In this document: positions 25,601 through 39,722 of the stretch, piece after piece
Position numbering within the stretch: position 1 is the stretch's first letter
Layout of the letters: each line of letters opens with the position of its first letter
Assembly (NCBI RefSeq): GCF_006345805.1
Contig: NC_043004.1
Location: 12,648,001-12,712,000, forward strand
Reading direction: 5' to 3'
DNA: 64,000 nt
From: Octopus sinensis
Taxonomy: Eukaryota
The notes under the pieces: generated by a model
What the model was told of the DNA's origin: nothing
Database searches by the model: none
The model's input: the letters and a program-made list of their open reading frames with translations, nothing else
Made by a program: the position numbers and the translations under genes

Positions 25601-27773
25601 TATTTCAAAACATTTGCCATAAAGGCAGTACACAGATTAAGTTAGCTTTGCGGGCTGGACGAGGACATTAATGAAGTGAATGATAATGAAAGAAAGATGA
25701 TAAGGATGGGAGAAGACAAAAAGCGCCCGCCGACTTTCGCTTCTCTAAAACATTGTTCTTTTTAAGGATAAACACAAAACGAGGTATTAAACCTCTTACA
25801 ATTTTTCCAATTTTTGGATTTAGCAGTCCATTATTAATAAAAATAAACACAAAACGAGGTATTAAACCTCTTACAATTTTTCAATTTTTGGACTTAGCAG
25901 TCCATTACTAATAATAACAGTTCAATAATTACATATCGTCCTCGAAGTCGCTTGTACCTGCGCCCTCCACCATCAACCACGCCTCCCTCAGAACGTAATC
26001 AAGTTCCGAGTCAACGTCGCCCGGGAACAAGTTATAGTCTTCCTTGAGCTCCTTTAGCCCAAGCGTCACGTCGAACGTCACGGCCTCCACAGCTACCTGC
26101 GGAGGCCATTCGGGGTCCTGTCTGAAGGCTAAAGGTGCTCCCTTGTGATGCACTTCCATCACTTTTTCAATTTCTCCTCCTCTATAGAAGAGGACCAATA
26201 CGTTCAGTTCTTTCGGTGGCGGCACAGTTCCCGCCAACGGTATTCCTTCTCTTGTCGGTGGCACAACCCCAACCGACGTAGTTCCGGGACATTCCGGTGC
26301 TACACTGACAGTCGGTAATGTCCCGTTTTTCTTCCTCTTTTTCTTTTTTTTTCCTTTTCCACTGAGGGAGGGTGCGTCTCCTCCGTGGCTGGAAGATTCG
26401 CCTTCCTCTCCTCATCCCTATTATCCTTTGGTGAGCACCCATTGTTGCTCACCTTCCTCTTTCGGCCTCTGTTTGAGGAGTCCTCTGCTTTCTCGGCCGT
26501 TATCATTCCCTCTTCTAGAGGGGTTTTACATAACTGTTCCGGGATCCTATTTTGTTCCCGGGAACAGTTCTTCTTTATGTGGCCGGACTCCAAGCACCGA
26601 TGACACTTAGGGGGGCGACCCTCAAGCATCACCGGCCATTTTCAAAAAATCTGGAAGAACCAGATTGGCTGATTGGGTCCACAGGGTCAAAATTGCTTTT
26701 GACCCAACCCAAGCAGCCGCAGGAAGAACTTTTACATTAAGGAGCTTAGTTTCGTTGCCACCCAGACCCCGGCGGATAGTCTCCTCTATCCACTCGGGTT
26801 CTATGTCGGGTAGCAGACCGCAAATCGAAGCTTTCATCAATTTCTTTTTTTTTGTACGTGGGCAGGAATAAGATTTCCTTACCTTCCAGGGGTTTGCTAG
26901 CAAATTTGCAAGCCTCTTCAGGGGTGTCAAATAGCAACCACACCGTTGCATATTTGACACCCCTGGAAATGAATTTAATTGTTGGCAAATACTCTTCCAA
27001 CTCCTTTTCAATTGCCGTCTTTTCGAATAGGGCGATCGTGTCGAGTGCCTTGGAGTAGGTTCTCAACACCACCGTCCTATCTTCACGGTCTGTTAACCAC
27101 TTTTTAGGCGGTATGATCTCCCATTCCAAAAGTTTGTTATTTTTCATTGCCATGTTTTTTTTTGTTTTTTTTAAATGTATTCAGAATAAAACTAAAAAAC
27201 GAGAGGAAAAGGAAATCCGAAGAAAGTCACAGTGAAAAAGGAGAGAGTCAAATAAAGTTAAAAAGAAAGTCAAATAAAGTTAAAAAGAAAGTCAATAACA
27301 CAGCAAAAACCTTCTGGCCATTTGGTACTCCCGGCCTAAATTGAACCAGGAACGCACAACTTCCACAAAACTTGGTGTAAAATTGGTAAAACTTGTTCAA
27401 ACTTCGGAGGCAAAATACTCCCCTATATCGCAGTTTTCACAAGAAGTTCTTTACAGCAGAATACAATTCTCACAATTACGTGAAAAAAATATTCACTCAA
27501 TTTATCGAAGACGGATACGCCCCTCCACTGTTTTTTTTTCAATAAACACAAAAACGGCAGCCGCCGAGAGCAGGCGAAATTGTCTCAGAGTTGGACACAA
27601 CTTACTGAAATAATAATTGGCACGCAATAAATTATGCCCAACTCACAATAAACAAAATCACTTACCTCGACAACTTTCCGTTTTTGGTGTTTTTTCTTTA
27701 ATTGGACGGAGCTGGTTGACTCGCGTCTACTCTGGCTGAACAGGAAGCAACTGACTAACTGCGCATGTGTGTT
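25601..27773 (-). mobile_element. ORF1-only L1/Tx1-type non-autonomous retroposon (HAL1-like), about 2.17 kb
   Basis: About 620-bp 5'UTR, a frameshifted ORF1 with RRM-like segments and a CCHC knuckle (PPKCHRCLESGHIKKNC), about 330-bp 3'UTR ending in AATAAA, and no ORF2. TSD core AGCAAGCTACTT at 25589-25600 and 27774-27785. Confidence 0.8.
25929..27153 (-). pseudogene. Disrupted LINE ORF1 (gag-like, RRM + zinc knuckle)
   Basis: Consecutive overlapping ORFs 26746-27153, 26622-27011, 26300-26632 and 25929-26264 join into a protein of about 400 aa through three frameshifts. Confidence 0.8.
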
Positions 27774-27883
27774 AGCAAGCTACTTACCACACAGCTACTC
27801 CTGCGCCTATATATATAATATAGAAAATTTCTATATGTAAATCTCTCAACGAGAGACATTCAGTAACAGTACTCAAGAGTAAT

Positions 27884-28102
27884 GATTATTTGCCAGCATT
27901 GCGTGATAGTCCTGGTTTAGGACGAATGTTACTGTTTTATATCCCAGGAAACATTGTCTCCATCTGGCTATACGACAGGCTGTGTCCTTTCCTGTTTTGT
28001 CCAGGTTTGTCGTATAACCAGCTGGAGACGATATTTCCTGGGGCTAAATAACAGTAACATTCGTCCTAAACAATGACTGTCACGTTATGTTAGCAAATAA
28101 TC
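27884..28102. mobile_element. Foldback MITE (about 95-bp arms), related to the 16763 family
   Basis: GATTATTTGCCAGCAT..TTAGGACGAATGTTACTGTT..CCCAGGAAA..TCTCCATCTGGCTATACGACA is inverse to TGTCGTATAACCAGCTGGAGA..TTTCCTGGGG..AACAGTAACATTCGTCCTAA..TAGCAAATAATC. Confidence 0.8.
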
Positions 28103-28659
28103 TTTACCATATATATGAAAGATTATGTGTGTGTGTATGCATGTTTGTGTCTGTGTTTGTCATCCCACTACCGTTCGACGAGTGGTGCTGGCGAGTTTCT
28201 GTCTCCATAACTAGCGGTTCAGCAAAAGAGAGCGACAGAATAAGTACAAGGCTTTAAAAATATAACAATTGGAGTCGAGTCATTTGACCCCAAATCCTCT
28301 AAGGCCGTGCCTCAACATGCCCGCAGTCTAATGACTGAATCATGCAAAAGAATGGAAGAATAAAAGATTATGTGCGTGTGTGTATTTACGTGTATTTGTG
28401 TATGTGTGTGTGTGTGCGTGTGTGTGTGTGTGTGTAGGTAGGTATGTGTGTAGGTAAGTATATGTAGGTAGGTAGGTATGAATCTATGTATCAATATATA
28501 TCGTGTGTATGTAACTTGCTGTGTCTGGAGTACAGTAGTAGTGCTGGCGTGGTCTGTGAGTGACTCTGTGCCGTCAGACAGATCGAAACAGCATTGCTCC
28601 AGTTGTGAGAGCGATAATTCATTGTAAGACAAAGCTTTGTAATTATCAATAATTTGTTA

Positions 28660-29630
28660 GGCGGCAAGCTTGCACAAACGTTAGCATGCCGGGCGAAATG
28701 CTTGGCAGTATTTCGTCAGCCGTTACGTTCTGAGTTCAAATTCCCCCGAGGTCGAATTTGCCTTTCATCCTTTTGGGGTCGATAAATTAAGTACCAGTTA
28801 CGCACTGGGGTCGATATAATCGACTTAATCCGTTTGTCTGTCCTTGTTTGTTCCCTCTGTGTTTAGCTCCTTGTGGGTAGTAAAGAAATAGGTATTTCGT
28901 CAGCCGTTACGCTCTGAGTTCAAATTCCGCCGAGGTCGACTTTGCCTTTCATCTTTTGGGGTCGATAAATTAAGTACCAGTTACGCACTGGGGTCGATAT
29001 AATCGACTTAATCCGTTTGTCTGTCCTTGTTTGTTCCCTCTGTGTTTAGCCCCTTGTGGGTAGTAAAGAAATAGGTATTTCGTCTGCCGCTACGTTCTGC
29101 GTTCAAATTCCCCAGAGGTTGACTTTGCCTTTCATCCTTTCGGGGTCAATTAAATTTGTACCATTTACGCACTGGGGTCGATCTAATCGACTTAATCCGT
29201 TTGTCTGTCCTTGTTTGTCCCCTCTGTGTTTAGCCCCTTATGGGCAATAAAGAAATAAATATTATATTTAAAGGCGGTGAGCTGGTAGAAACGTTAGCAC
29301 GCCGGGCGAAATGCTTAGCGGTATTTCGTCTGTCTTTGCCTTTCATCCTTTCGGGGTCGATAAATTAAGTACCAGTTACGCACTGGGGTCGATATAATCG
29401 ACTTAATCCATTTGTCTGTCCTTGTTTGTCCTCTCTGTGTTCAGCCCCTTGTGGGTAGTAAAGAAATAGGTATTTCGTCTGTCTTTACGTTCTGAGTTCA
29501 AATTCCGCCGAGGTCGACTTTGCCTTTCATCTTTTAGCGGTCGATACCAGTTGCGTACTGGAGTCGATCTAATCGACTCCCTCCCACCACACCCAAAATT
29601 TCGGGCCTTGTGCCTAGAGTAGAAAAGAAT
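28660..29630 (+). mobile_element. Tandem multimeric type A SINE array (head + three units of about 183 bp, then head + 2 units)
   Basis: Units start GGTATTTCGTC at about 28707, 28891 and 29074. A second head starts at about 29272 and ends in CGGGCCTTGTGCCTAGAGTAGAAAAG. Confidence 0.9.
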
Positions 29631-29725
29631 GTGCTTCCACCAAGAGAATGTCTTTATGTTAATAGAACCCGGCAACTGCAGCGATTCTGAGGACTTTATG
29701 CTTCTGTACCGATATTTATAGTATA

Positions 29726-30128
29726 CTAATCTTTATATATAAAAGTGAAGTTGTGTGTCTGTCTCCTACGATTTAGATTCCTAACTACTCCCACATTTTG
29801 CGGTGCAGTTTACCCAAAACCGGGTATCTTATAGTCGTGATTCATATCGAGCCCTTCTGGGTATTAGCGCGCGTCTACGATGAGACTACGATTTTTAAAA
29901 AAAATTACCATCATTTTTTTCCATTTTAATGCATTTTTTCGCTATTATATAAGGGAAATAAGTCTCTAAAAATGTCTACGGTGAGTCAACGATTTAAAAA
30001 TAAATTTACCATCATTTTTTTCCATTTTTAGTGCATTTTTTTGCTATTTGTTTTGGCTATAACTCTCTAAAAATGCTTATATAGTTATTTTCCTTACAAA
30101 CCCGAGCAACGCCGGGCGATACTGCTAG
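29726..30128 (-). mobile_element. HINE-like element with an internal tandem duplication
   Basis: Inverse of 22187-22478. The block AAATTACCATCATTTTTTTCCATTTTA.TGCATTTTTT.GCTAT..CTCTAAAAATG is present twice. Confidence 0.8.
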
Positions 30129-30239
30129 TGTTATATAATTCCTCAATTGTAAGAAAAAGAAACGTGATTTTTCTGTATTCTTGCTATTTTTCTTCAAATA
30201 TGTCTCATGCGTGTACTGATGTCGACGTTGTTGAGGCTG

Positions 30240-30600
30240 ATGTTGCTGCCGTCGTCGTCGTCATCGTAATAATCATCATCATCATCATGTTTTCTTGCTC
30301 TTCTTCCTGCTACTTTTGCTCCTCCTCCTCCTCCGCCACCTTCTTTTTCTTTTCTTCTTCTTCTTCTTCTTCTTCTTCTTCTTCTTCTTCATCATCATCA
30401 TCATCATCATCATCGCCATCGTCATCATCATCATCATCTTTCTTCTCAATATTATCCTTCTTCCTATATTGATCATCGTCGTCGTCGTCGTAGTTGTCAT
30501 CATCATCATCATCATCATCATTATCGTCGTCATCATCCTCATCATCCTCATCTTCCTCCTCCTCCTCCTCTTCCCTTTTCTTCTTCTATCTCATTCTTCT
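30240..30600. repeat. Compound trinucleotide array (TCG/CAT/CTT/CCT)
   Basis: Directly visible. Confidence 0.9.
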
Positions 30601-31174
30601 TGTTTAGCCTTACTTAAGTAGCCTCCGATTGAGCTTTACATAATAAAATACACCCCCAACCGAACAACAGTGCCAACGACATCTTTTATCCACACACACA
30701 CAATGCATCCAGACGTACAATATATATTATATAACCGATGTGTGTCTTCCACGACTGCGACGGCATGATGAGATTCGAAAGAAAGAAAATAGGCACGCTG
30801 CCGTTTCTAATTAGTCGATTGACCACATAGAGACTCTCCCATTTGCTAGATATAGCAGTTTATGTACAGCATGTCTCCAGTCTGATGTTACGTAATAATG
30901 AAATAAGTTTAGATGAAAGAATGCCTATGACTTACAAATTACAAAAAAAAAAAAACAGATGTTTGCTAAATAGGCTTTTCTGCATTCAAAACATTGTCGG
31001 ATAGTTACACAAACAAACTCTCATCGCGATGTATAGTTTCTAGAAGCTACATTCAAGACAGTGTAAAGAAAGCACAGTCAATACGATAATTGAAATATGT
31101 AGAAGGCAATGCGAGCGAAATTTAGTTCCACCTGGAATTCTCAGCCAGTTTTGAAATATATCTAGACGCATGCG

Positions 31175-32960
<1,786 letters not shown>

Positions 32961-33057
32961 AGGTCCCGGGTTGATTCGGGGTTAACCACAGTAAATAAGG
33001 TACTCAATACATAGCAGAGTAAAATTAATTTATTATATAGAAGGAGCTTCTACAGGA

Positions 33058-33089
<32 letters not shown>

Positions 33090-33724
33090 ATGTGTTTACA
33101 TACACACACGCGCATATATACGCTCACAACCATAGTCTGTAGTAAAGATACGAAACTTAAAAAACAAAAGCAATTTAATCATTTAATCAGACGTGCCCCC
33201 TTTCAAAATAACCCCCAAAATACGAATAAACTACCCCCACCAGCACTGTTACCACCATCACGACATTTTTCTGTCTTCGTCTTGATTTGGAAACACCTCT
33301 TGGAATAACTTTTCAGCGTTCCACCAGTTCAGTTCTTTTAGCAAATTTTTTCGACCTCATGTCTACTGGAAAATCGATGAAATTTCACGTTGGATTTCAA
33401 CTTTAGGAATACAAAAGAAAGTCTTCTATCTCAAATCCACGATTAAAGCTTGTGTGATTTCACCATCGTCTTTAGCTTTGACAAAACTCACCATCAAGAA
33501 CTGATACGCAGGCAGTTGTATTGTTATGTTGAAGCAAGTAAATTTTGTTTCTCTATACCTCTAGTTCTCTTTCAGCAGCTTGTCTCTCTCGAGCGCCTAA
33601 ACGCATCCAATACATCATATTCTATGTATTAACCATTTGACCTCATGGCACAAATTCATGTTGAAGCCGTTCCAATTTTGCGGTTTAGTTTATGTTATGC
33701 TTTGGTTTATCTTTTGCGTGTTCC

Positions 33725-33920
33725 AATCATTGGATTATCGCGATGCTGGGGATCCCCCCTTGGTGGTTTTAATCGAACAAATCGACCCAGTTAATTAATT
33801 CTTAAGCCTGGTACAGATTCTATCAGACATGAGTATGTAAACAAACTAACATTGATTTTCAAGCAGCGAGGTGGGTACAAGCAAAACATAAACACAAAAT
33901 CACAAGTCTATACAACGGCT
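33725..33920 (-). mobile_element. Degenerate type B SINE
   Basis: CATTGGATTATCGCGATGCTGG..AATCGAACAAATCGACCC..AAGCCTGGTAC. Confidence 0.55.
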
Positions 33921-33966
33921 TCCAGCCAGTTTCCTTTTATGAATTTCACTGACAAGGAATTGCTCT

Positions 33967-34197
33967 GCGGCGAGCTGACAGAACCGTTAGCACGCCGGGC
34001 GAAATGCTTAGCGGTATTTCGTCTGCCGTTACGTTCTGAGTTCAAATTCCGCCGAGGTCTACTTTGCCTTTCATCCTTTCGGGGTCGATAAATTAAGTAC
34101 CAGTTACGCACTGGGGTCGATATAATCGACTTGATCCCTTTATCTGTTCTTGTTTGTTCCCTCTACGTTTCACTCTTTGTGGGCAATAAAGAAATAA
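33967..34197 (+). mobile_element. Type A SINE (near consensus)
   Basis: CGGCGAGCTGACAGAACCGTTAGCACGCCGGGCGAAATGCTTAGCGG..GAGTTCAAATTCCGCCGAGG..GTGGGCAATAAAGAAATAA. Confidence 0.9.
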
Positions 34198-35069
34198 TGA
34201 ATTGCTCTGTCTGAGGCTATAATAGAAGACACTTGCTCAAGACGGCCGTGCAGTGAAATTGAATCTGAAACCACATGAATCCAAAGTGAGTCTCTTACGC
34301 ATACAGTCATGCCTGAATAATATATCTTCAATATTTCTTTTAAAATCACGCGGTAGAACCATTTACAGGAGTATATTATTTCAGAAATACCACGGGAAGT
34401 CATACAACTATTTACATGAATCATAGCAGACAGTTCATAATATGATATTATTCGTCCTTTGTCGGAGTCTGGACAGATTTCTTTCAGGAATACCGGATAA
34501 GCCACGCATATCTGAACACAATTCACTCAACAAGAACTCACTACTTGAATGGACCATAAACAAAACTTGACTTAAACAGGATTTAGATAATCCTATCAGG
34601 TGGTGCTATTTAGTTAGACATGGCCTGGACCAATGTTGGTCGAAGCGCCACGATAACACCGCTGTCTTCGTCAGCCGTAAGGCATTATATTTCAAATACG
34701 CCAGCTGAGTTCAATTCGTCAAAGTCGAAAGGGGCCTGTTGTTATGTCCTGTTATTATTATTATTATTATTATTATTATCGTTTTTTGTATTTATATTCA
34801 TATTATTTTTTGTAATTATATTCGTGTAACATCGTCCGTTTTTCTGTCCTTGTTTCGTATACATTCGATCCTTTTTCCAAAGAATCTAATGCTCTTAGCT
34901 TAGTTTTTCCTTGGGGCTGGCCGGATTGTAGCAATCTCAAGATTAATCAGCCGAAATTGCGAGGATGATCCGGTTCTTGACTGAAGATTAGAGTCCGTGT
35001 TTTTTGTATCGTCTATTTGAATGTTATGCGTTCTTGCCCCATTTTGTATTTAAATATATATATATATAG

Positions 35070-35099
<30 letters not shown>

Positions 35100-35102
<3 letters not shown>

Positions 35103-35323
35103 CTTTTACTCTTTTACTTGTTTCAGTCATTTGACTGCGGCCATGCTGGAGCACCGCCTTTAGTCGAGCAAGTCGACTCCGGGACTTATTCTTTGTAAGT
35201 CCAGTACTTATTCTATCGGTCTCTTTTGCCGAACCACTAAGTGACGGGGACGTAAACACACCAGCATCGGTTGTCAAGCAATGCTAGCAGTACAGACACG
35301 CAAACACATACACCCCCACACAA

Positions 35324-35354
<31 letters not shown>

Positions 35355-35520
35355 TACGACAGGCTTCTTTCAGTTTCCGTCTACGAAATCCACTCACAAG
35401 GCATTGGTCGGCCCGGGGCTATAGCAGAAGACACTTGCCCAAGATGCCACGCAGTGGGACTGAACCTGGAACCATGTGGTTGGTTAGCAAGCTACTTACC
35501 ACACAGCCACTCCTGCGCCT
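35100..35520 (-). mobile_element. Full-length type B SINE
   Basis: Runs from the CTTTTACTCTTTTAC tail to the CACAGCCACTCCTGCGCC head. Confidence 0.92.
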
Positions 35521-35529
35521 ATATATAAT

Positions 35530-36100
35530 AATAGATGCAGAACCAGGCAGTGGCTCTCATGGCTTCTGATCTTAACTGATTGGAAGTGTTATCATGTACA
35601 TTGTTTTGTCTTGGTATAAAAGATGGGCTACAGCAAATATTCTGCTCAATACCACAGATTTGCTTGTCAGTTGTTTGACCTTAACCAGTTGAGCATGTCC
35701 CTTAGTGGCTGACGATATGTGCATCTCTGATCACGAGCAGAAGTATGGGGGAGCTTCATAGCCATGTGTTGAGAGGGATTCTTTGGGGTTTGATAATTCA
35801 CCTCTGGAAACATGGGTGGTTCTTTCAACATCCTTAAACAACCCTTATTCAGGGACCTTTTGAGCGGGATGGGCTACTCAACCTGAAGAAAATTCTAACT
35901 GGGCCCCACCTGCAAGGTCATGTGCTGTTTATCTTGATATGAGATCACCATGTCGCGCACATATGGTTGTGATGCATGTGCCTGGTGTACCCTTATCAGA
36001 CGGGTAGTCATGATGGGTATATTGGGCTTCGTATATTTTACCCCAGTGTCACTTTGATGGCATGAACTGCTCTCTCACTCAATAATAATAATAATAATAT
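35530..36100 (+). mobile_element. Unclassified retroposon-like segment ending in (AAT)n
   Basis: About 570 bp of non-coding sequence, richer in GC than its flanks, ending CTCTCTCACTC(AAT)n. Confidence 0.5.
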
Positions 36101-37865
36101 TAGGGAGTAAATCCAAATTTGCAGGGAAAAAATAGGTTTTATCTCAAATTATATATATATATATATATATATAGTTCCAAACTGCTGAGCGCCATTCATG
36201 AATGTCTGACACGCAGTTTGCAATGAAGAGACAACAATGCTTTCTTCAATCGAACTCTCATTCACACCCCAATGACTGAAGACTAGCCACTCAGTTGAAA
36301 CTCAGAGTACCAAGAATTCTCTGTCAAACTATTTTTATCTATACATGTAACTCCCAATAAATGTGTTGAGTGCCCTTCTTTCGTTCGTCTACTCACTCGT
36401 GTGTGTGTGTGTGTGTGTGTGTATCGAAACGCAGAGTAGATGAAACCATGGCGACTGAAGAAGGGGAATTTTCCTTTTGTTATTTGTCCTGTACTCTATT
36501 TTTTTGCTGTTTAAGAAAAATGTCCAGTTCCTTGGTTTTGTGTTTATGTTTTCGTTTCTCATTGTGTTCGACGTTTTTTGGTGTCCTGTACTCATGTATG
36601 CGTGTATATATACATGTAGAGTTAGGTGCGTACATATATGTATGTATATATGCATATGTTTTATTTATTAATTTATATATATATATATATAAAGAAATAC
36701 TTCACTCTACGTCGTTAATTGGTTCCAGGAGAAACGACGTAAGTCGAACTAACGTAAATCTAGTCTAGGCCGAATTTACTTATCTCTAGTCTAAACCGAT
36801 AATAATCATTCCCAGTTATGTACTTTATTTATGAATACATTTTCAATAATACCTGGTTAATAAAATCCTATTTTAAGCTTACAAATAAATAATTTTAATT
36901 TTTTGATACAGTACAGTAAAAAAAGGCTGGGCCGGGCCGGGCCGGATTTCAATTATATATAGAGAACTATAGCGCGAAGGCAGCATTAAAAAAAACAGCC
37001 CTTCCTCAGTTGCTGGCAGTTTTACCTACTCCGCATTGCGAGCATTGCAACAAGATGCGTTTTCGTCAAAGCAATTGCTACCACAAATCAAATTAAATAA
37101 AATTTGAGATACGTGGAACCTCAAAGCTGCTAACAAAAACAGGACAGTGAAAACATTCGGTAAGGGCTGTTTAACCCTTCCGAGGTGACATGGTGAAAAA
37201 AAGCTTTGTCAAGAGATAGACAAGAATGCGACTTATAGTTATAAGCTGAACGAGAAGAAAAAGAATTGCATCTAGAAATAGGGATCTATAATTATTGAGG
37301 ACAGAATTTCAGTTAGAAATAGAGAACTATAAATATTGAATTATGCATAAAGTGGTGGCTTACATTCGGGGCTTCCAATTTCTCTGTAAAATATAAGATA
37401 CAACCAGCCAGGCAAAGTCTTCGCTAAATTTGCGGCACCTGCCAGAGGGAGTGTTTGTCCAGGATAGGACTACACAGCCACAGCAGGAGATGTATTAGGA
37501 CATGTAATGTAAAAGCCGGACTAGATTATTTTATGCGCAACTCCATTGTCTCCCGAGACAAAAAGGATGCCAACAAAAATATATATGGATTTCATAGACA
37601 GGAACTGAAACAAATCAATCGTATAGATATGTATGTATATATGCAAGTGTATGTGTGTGTCTTTGTCTCTGTGTTTCGCCCTCATCACTGCTTCACAATT
37701 GCTGTTCATTTATTTACATCCACATAACTTACTGGTTTCACAAGAACAGACTAATAGAATAAGTACTAGGCTTATCAACATAAAAAAGCACTAGGCTGTG
37801 TCTCATATTTTTGTTTGCCCACTTAGTTGTATCTATCAATTTATCTTTGTATGTGTGTGTGTGTG

Positions 37866-37945
<80 letters not shown>

Positions 37946-37954
37946 ATATATATA

Positions 37955-39263
37955 ACACCCTAATGGGAGCCTTAACTCCCAAATTTTAGTCATTTCTTTT
38001 ATGATCCAAAACTAGGTCAAAAGTACTGAATGGATCATTATGAAATTTGGAAATTATATTCTATGCATAAGGGCCACAACCCCTATGACAATTCATATAT
38101 TTTTGCTGTTGATGAAATTTTAACCATAGATATTAGACACAAATGAAGTAATATTTATAAAATTTCATCTTCTTACAAAGATAGAAAGACCCCTCCACGG
38201 AGACTTAACACCCACAATTTTGTCATTTTATCTTAGCAAAAACGAATACAGTTGTGCTCTTGGAAGCTGTAGGGTTACCCGAGCATAAAAGTTGGGCATT
38301 ATTTATAATTCAGTGCTACAACAGTGTAACAGTTTGCTTTGACATACACTTACATTGTGATTTCCGCAATGTGGTGCATAAATTGTCAAGTAAATGAGAA
38401 GCATCTTTGCCTCCACTGATTCAGTTGCAAAGTGTTGAGTAAAGTTATTTGATTGCAGACCTCCTTTCAGTCTTTTTATTATCACTCAGTCACACATAGT
38501 CCCCAGATGGTAACATTGATTTCAAGGCTTTCCACGATGAGTGACTGGTTATTCAAAGACATTTATAGATTTTAAGTTTATTCTGTCCAGTTATATATCA
38601 GTATAGTGGTCATTTGCAAACTCCAGAGGTGACACTTTAATTTCTCCTTAGCCCTCACGTCACACAGTTGTTAATGTTGATTTCAGTTGGATCACGCCCT
38701 TCCAATTGCTATAGATTCGTAATGCATCTGACGGCTGTGATTGTCACCTGGATGGTGAGGAATCCTACATTGGGAGTGGTAACGACTAGGGTAGGGTAAC
38801 TGACTGCTTATTGTGATCATTCGTCTTTTGGTTTCCTGTAGCTTTTACAAACCCAGTGAACATATATTTCCTATTTCAAAGAAATTCAAACAATAGATAT
38901 AAGACCCAAGTTAAAAAGATTCTCAACAATTCAGCATCTCTGGTTGACATTAAGATGCCCATCCCAACAGGAGCCCTAACTCTCACATTTTAGAGCTCCA
39001 TGACCTTCATTTTTCAGGAGCAAAATCTTTTTAACAGGGTCAATAAGACTGGAATTTTGGAATATGCGCATAAAAATCGGTAGTATGGAATACATGTGGC
39101 ACGATTACAATTTTTTTAGGGTGTATAAAGAGGGAAATAACCCTCATCTGCAATTTTGATGAAATCCGAAACATAGATATTCCAGTTCAATACAGAAGAT
39201 ATAACAGAAAAGTCTAATTCTTCAATTGAATGTAACCGGACAACGCCGGGTATCTCTGCTAGT
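37955..39263 (-). mobile_element. Long HINE/Helentron-like non-autonomous element
   Basis: The minus-strand 5' end ACTAGCAGAGATACCCGGCGTTGTCCGGT matches the HINE 5' motif. Internal direct repeat GGAGCC.TAACTC.CA.ATTTTAG at about 37966 and 38970. Confidence 0.6.
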
Positions 39264-39294
39264 ACAGATATAAATATAGATATATACATCTGTC

Positions 39295-39722
39295 TTTACG
39301 TTCTGAGTTCAAATTCCGCCGAGGTCGACTATGCGTTTCGTCCTTTCGAGATCAATACAATAAGTACCTGTAGAACACTGGATCGACGTAATCGACTTAT
39401 CCGCTCCACTAATACTACTGGCCTGGTGTCAAAATTTGAAACCAATATAAATATAGATATATACGAACAGAAAGGCGCAAATAATTATATATCTGTTTCT
39501 TTAATACCCACAAGGGGCTAAACATAGAGGGGACAAACAAGGACAGACAAAGGGATTAAATCGATTACATCGACACCAGTGCGGAAACTGGCACTTAATT
39601 TATCGACCCCGAAAGGATGAAAGGCAAAGTCGACCTCGGCGGAATTTGAACCCAGAACGTAACGACAGACGAAATACGGCTATGCATTTCACTCGGCGTG
39701 CTAACGCTCCTGCCAGCTCCCT
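39295..39722. mobile_element. Two type A SINEs tail-to-tail (39295-39445 +, 39494-39722 -)
   Basis: Consensus B-box and CGACCCCGAAAGGATGAAAGGCAAAGTCGACCTCGG motifs on opposite strands. Confidence 0.85.

Larger units (their letters stand above)
25215..27810 (-). mobile_element. Type B SINE split by the ORF1-only element (body 25215-25600, head 27774-27810)
   Basis: The SINE consensus resumes exactly across the insertion: ..GGAACCATGTGGTTG..AGCAAGCTACTT | ACCACACAGCTACTCCTGCGCC. Confidence 0.9.

Noticed and set aside
28707-29260. Regularly spaced repeats resembling a CRISPR array
   Set aside because: The whole unit of about 183 bp is repeated, with no unique spacers or cas genes; it is a eukaryotic SINE multimer.
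34170-34526. 118-aa minus-strand ORF
   Set aside because: It starts at a non-ATG codon, ends in SINE fragments and has no recognisable domain; SDKGR alone is insufficient for an RT call.
36900-37400. GGCCG repeats and AGAGAACTATA motifs as a possible DNA transposon
   Set aside because: I could not find paired termini or a TSD.
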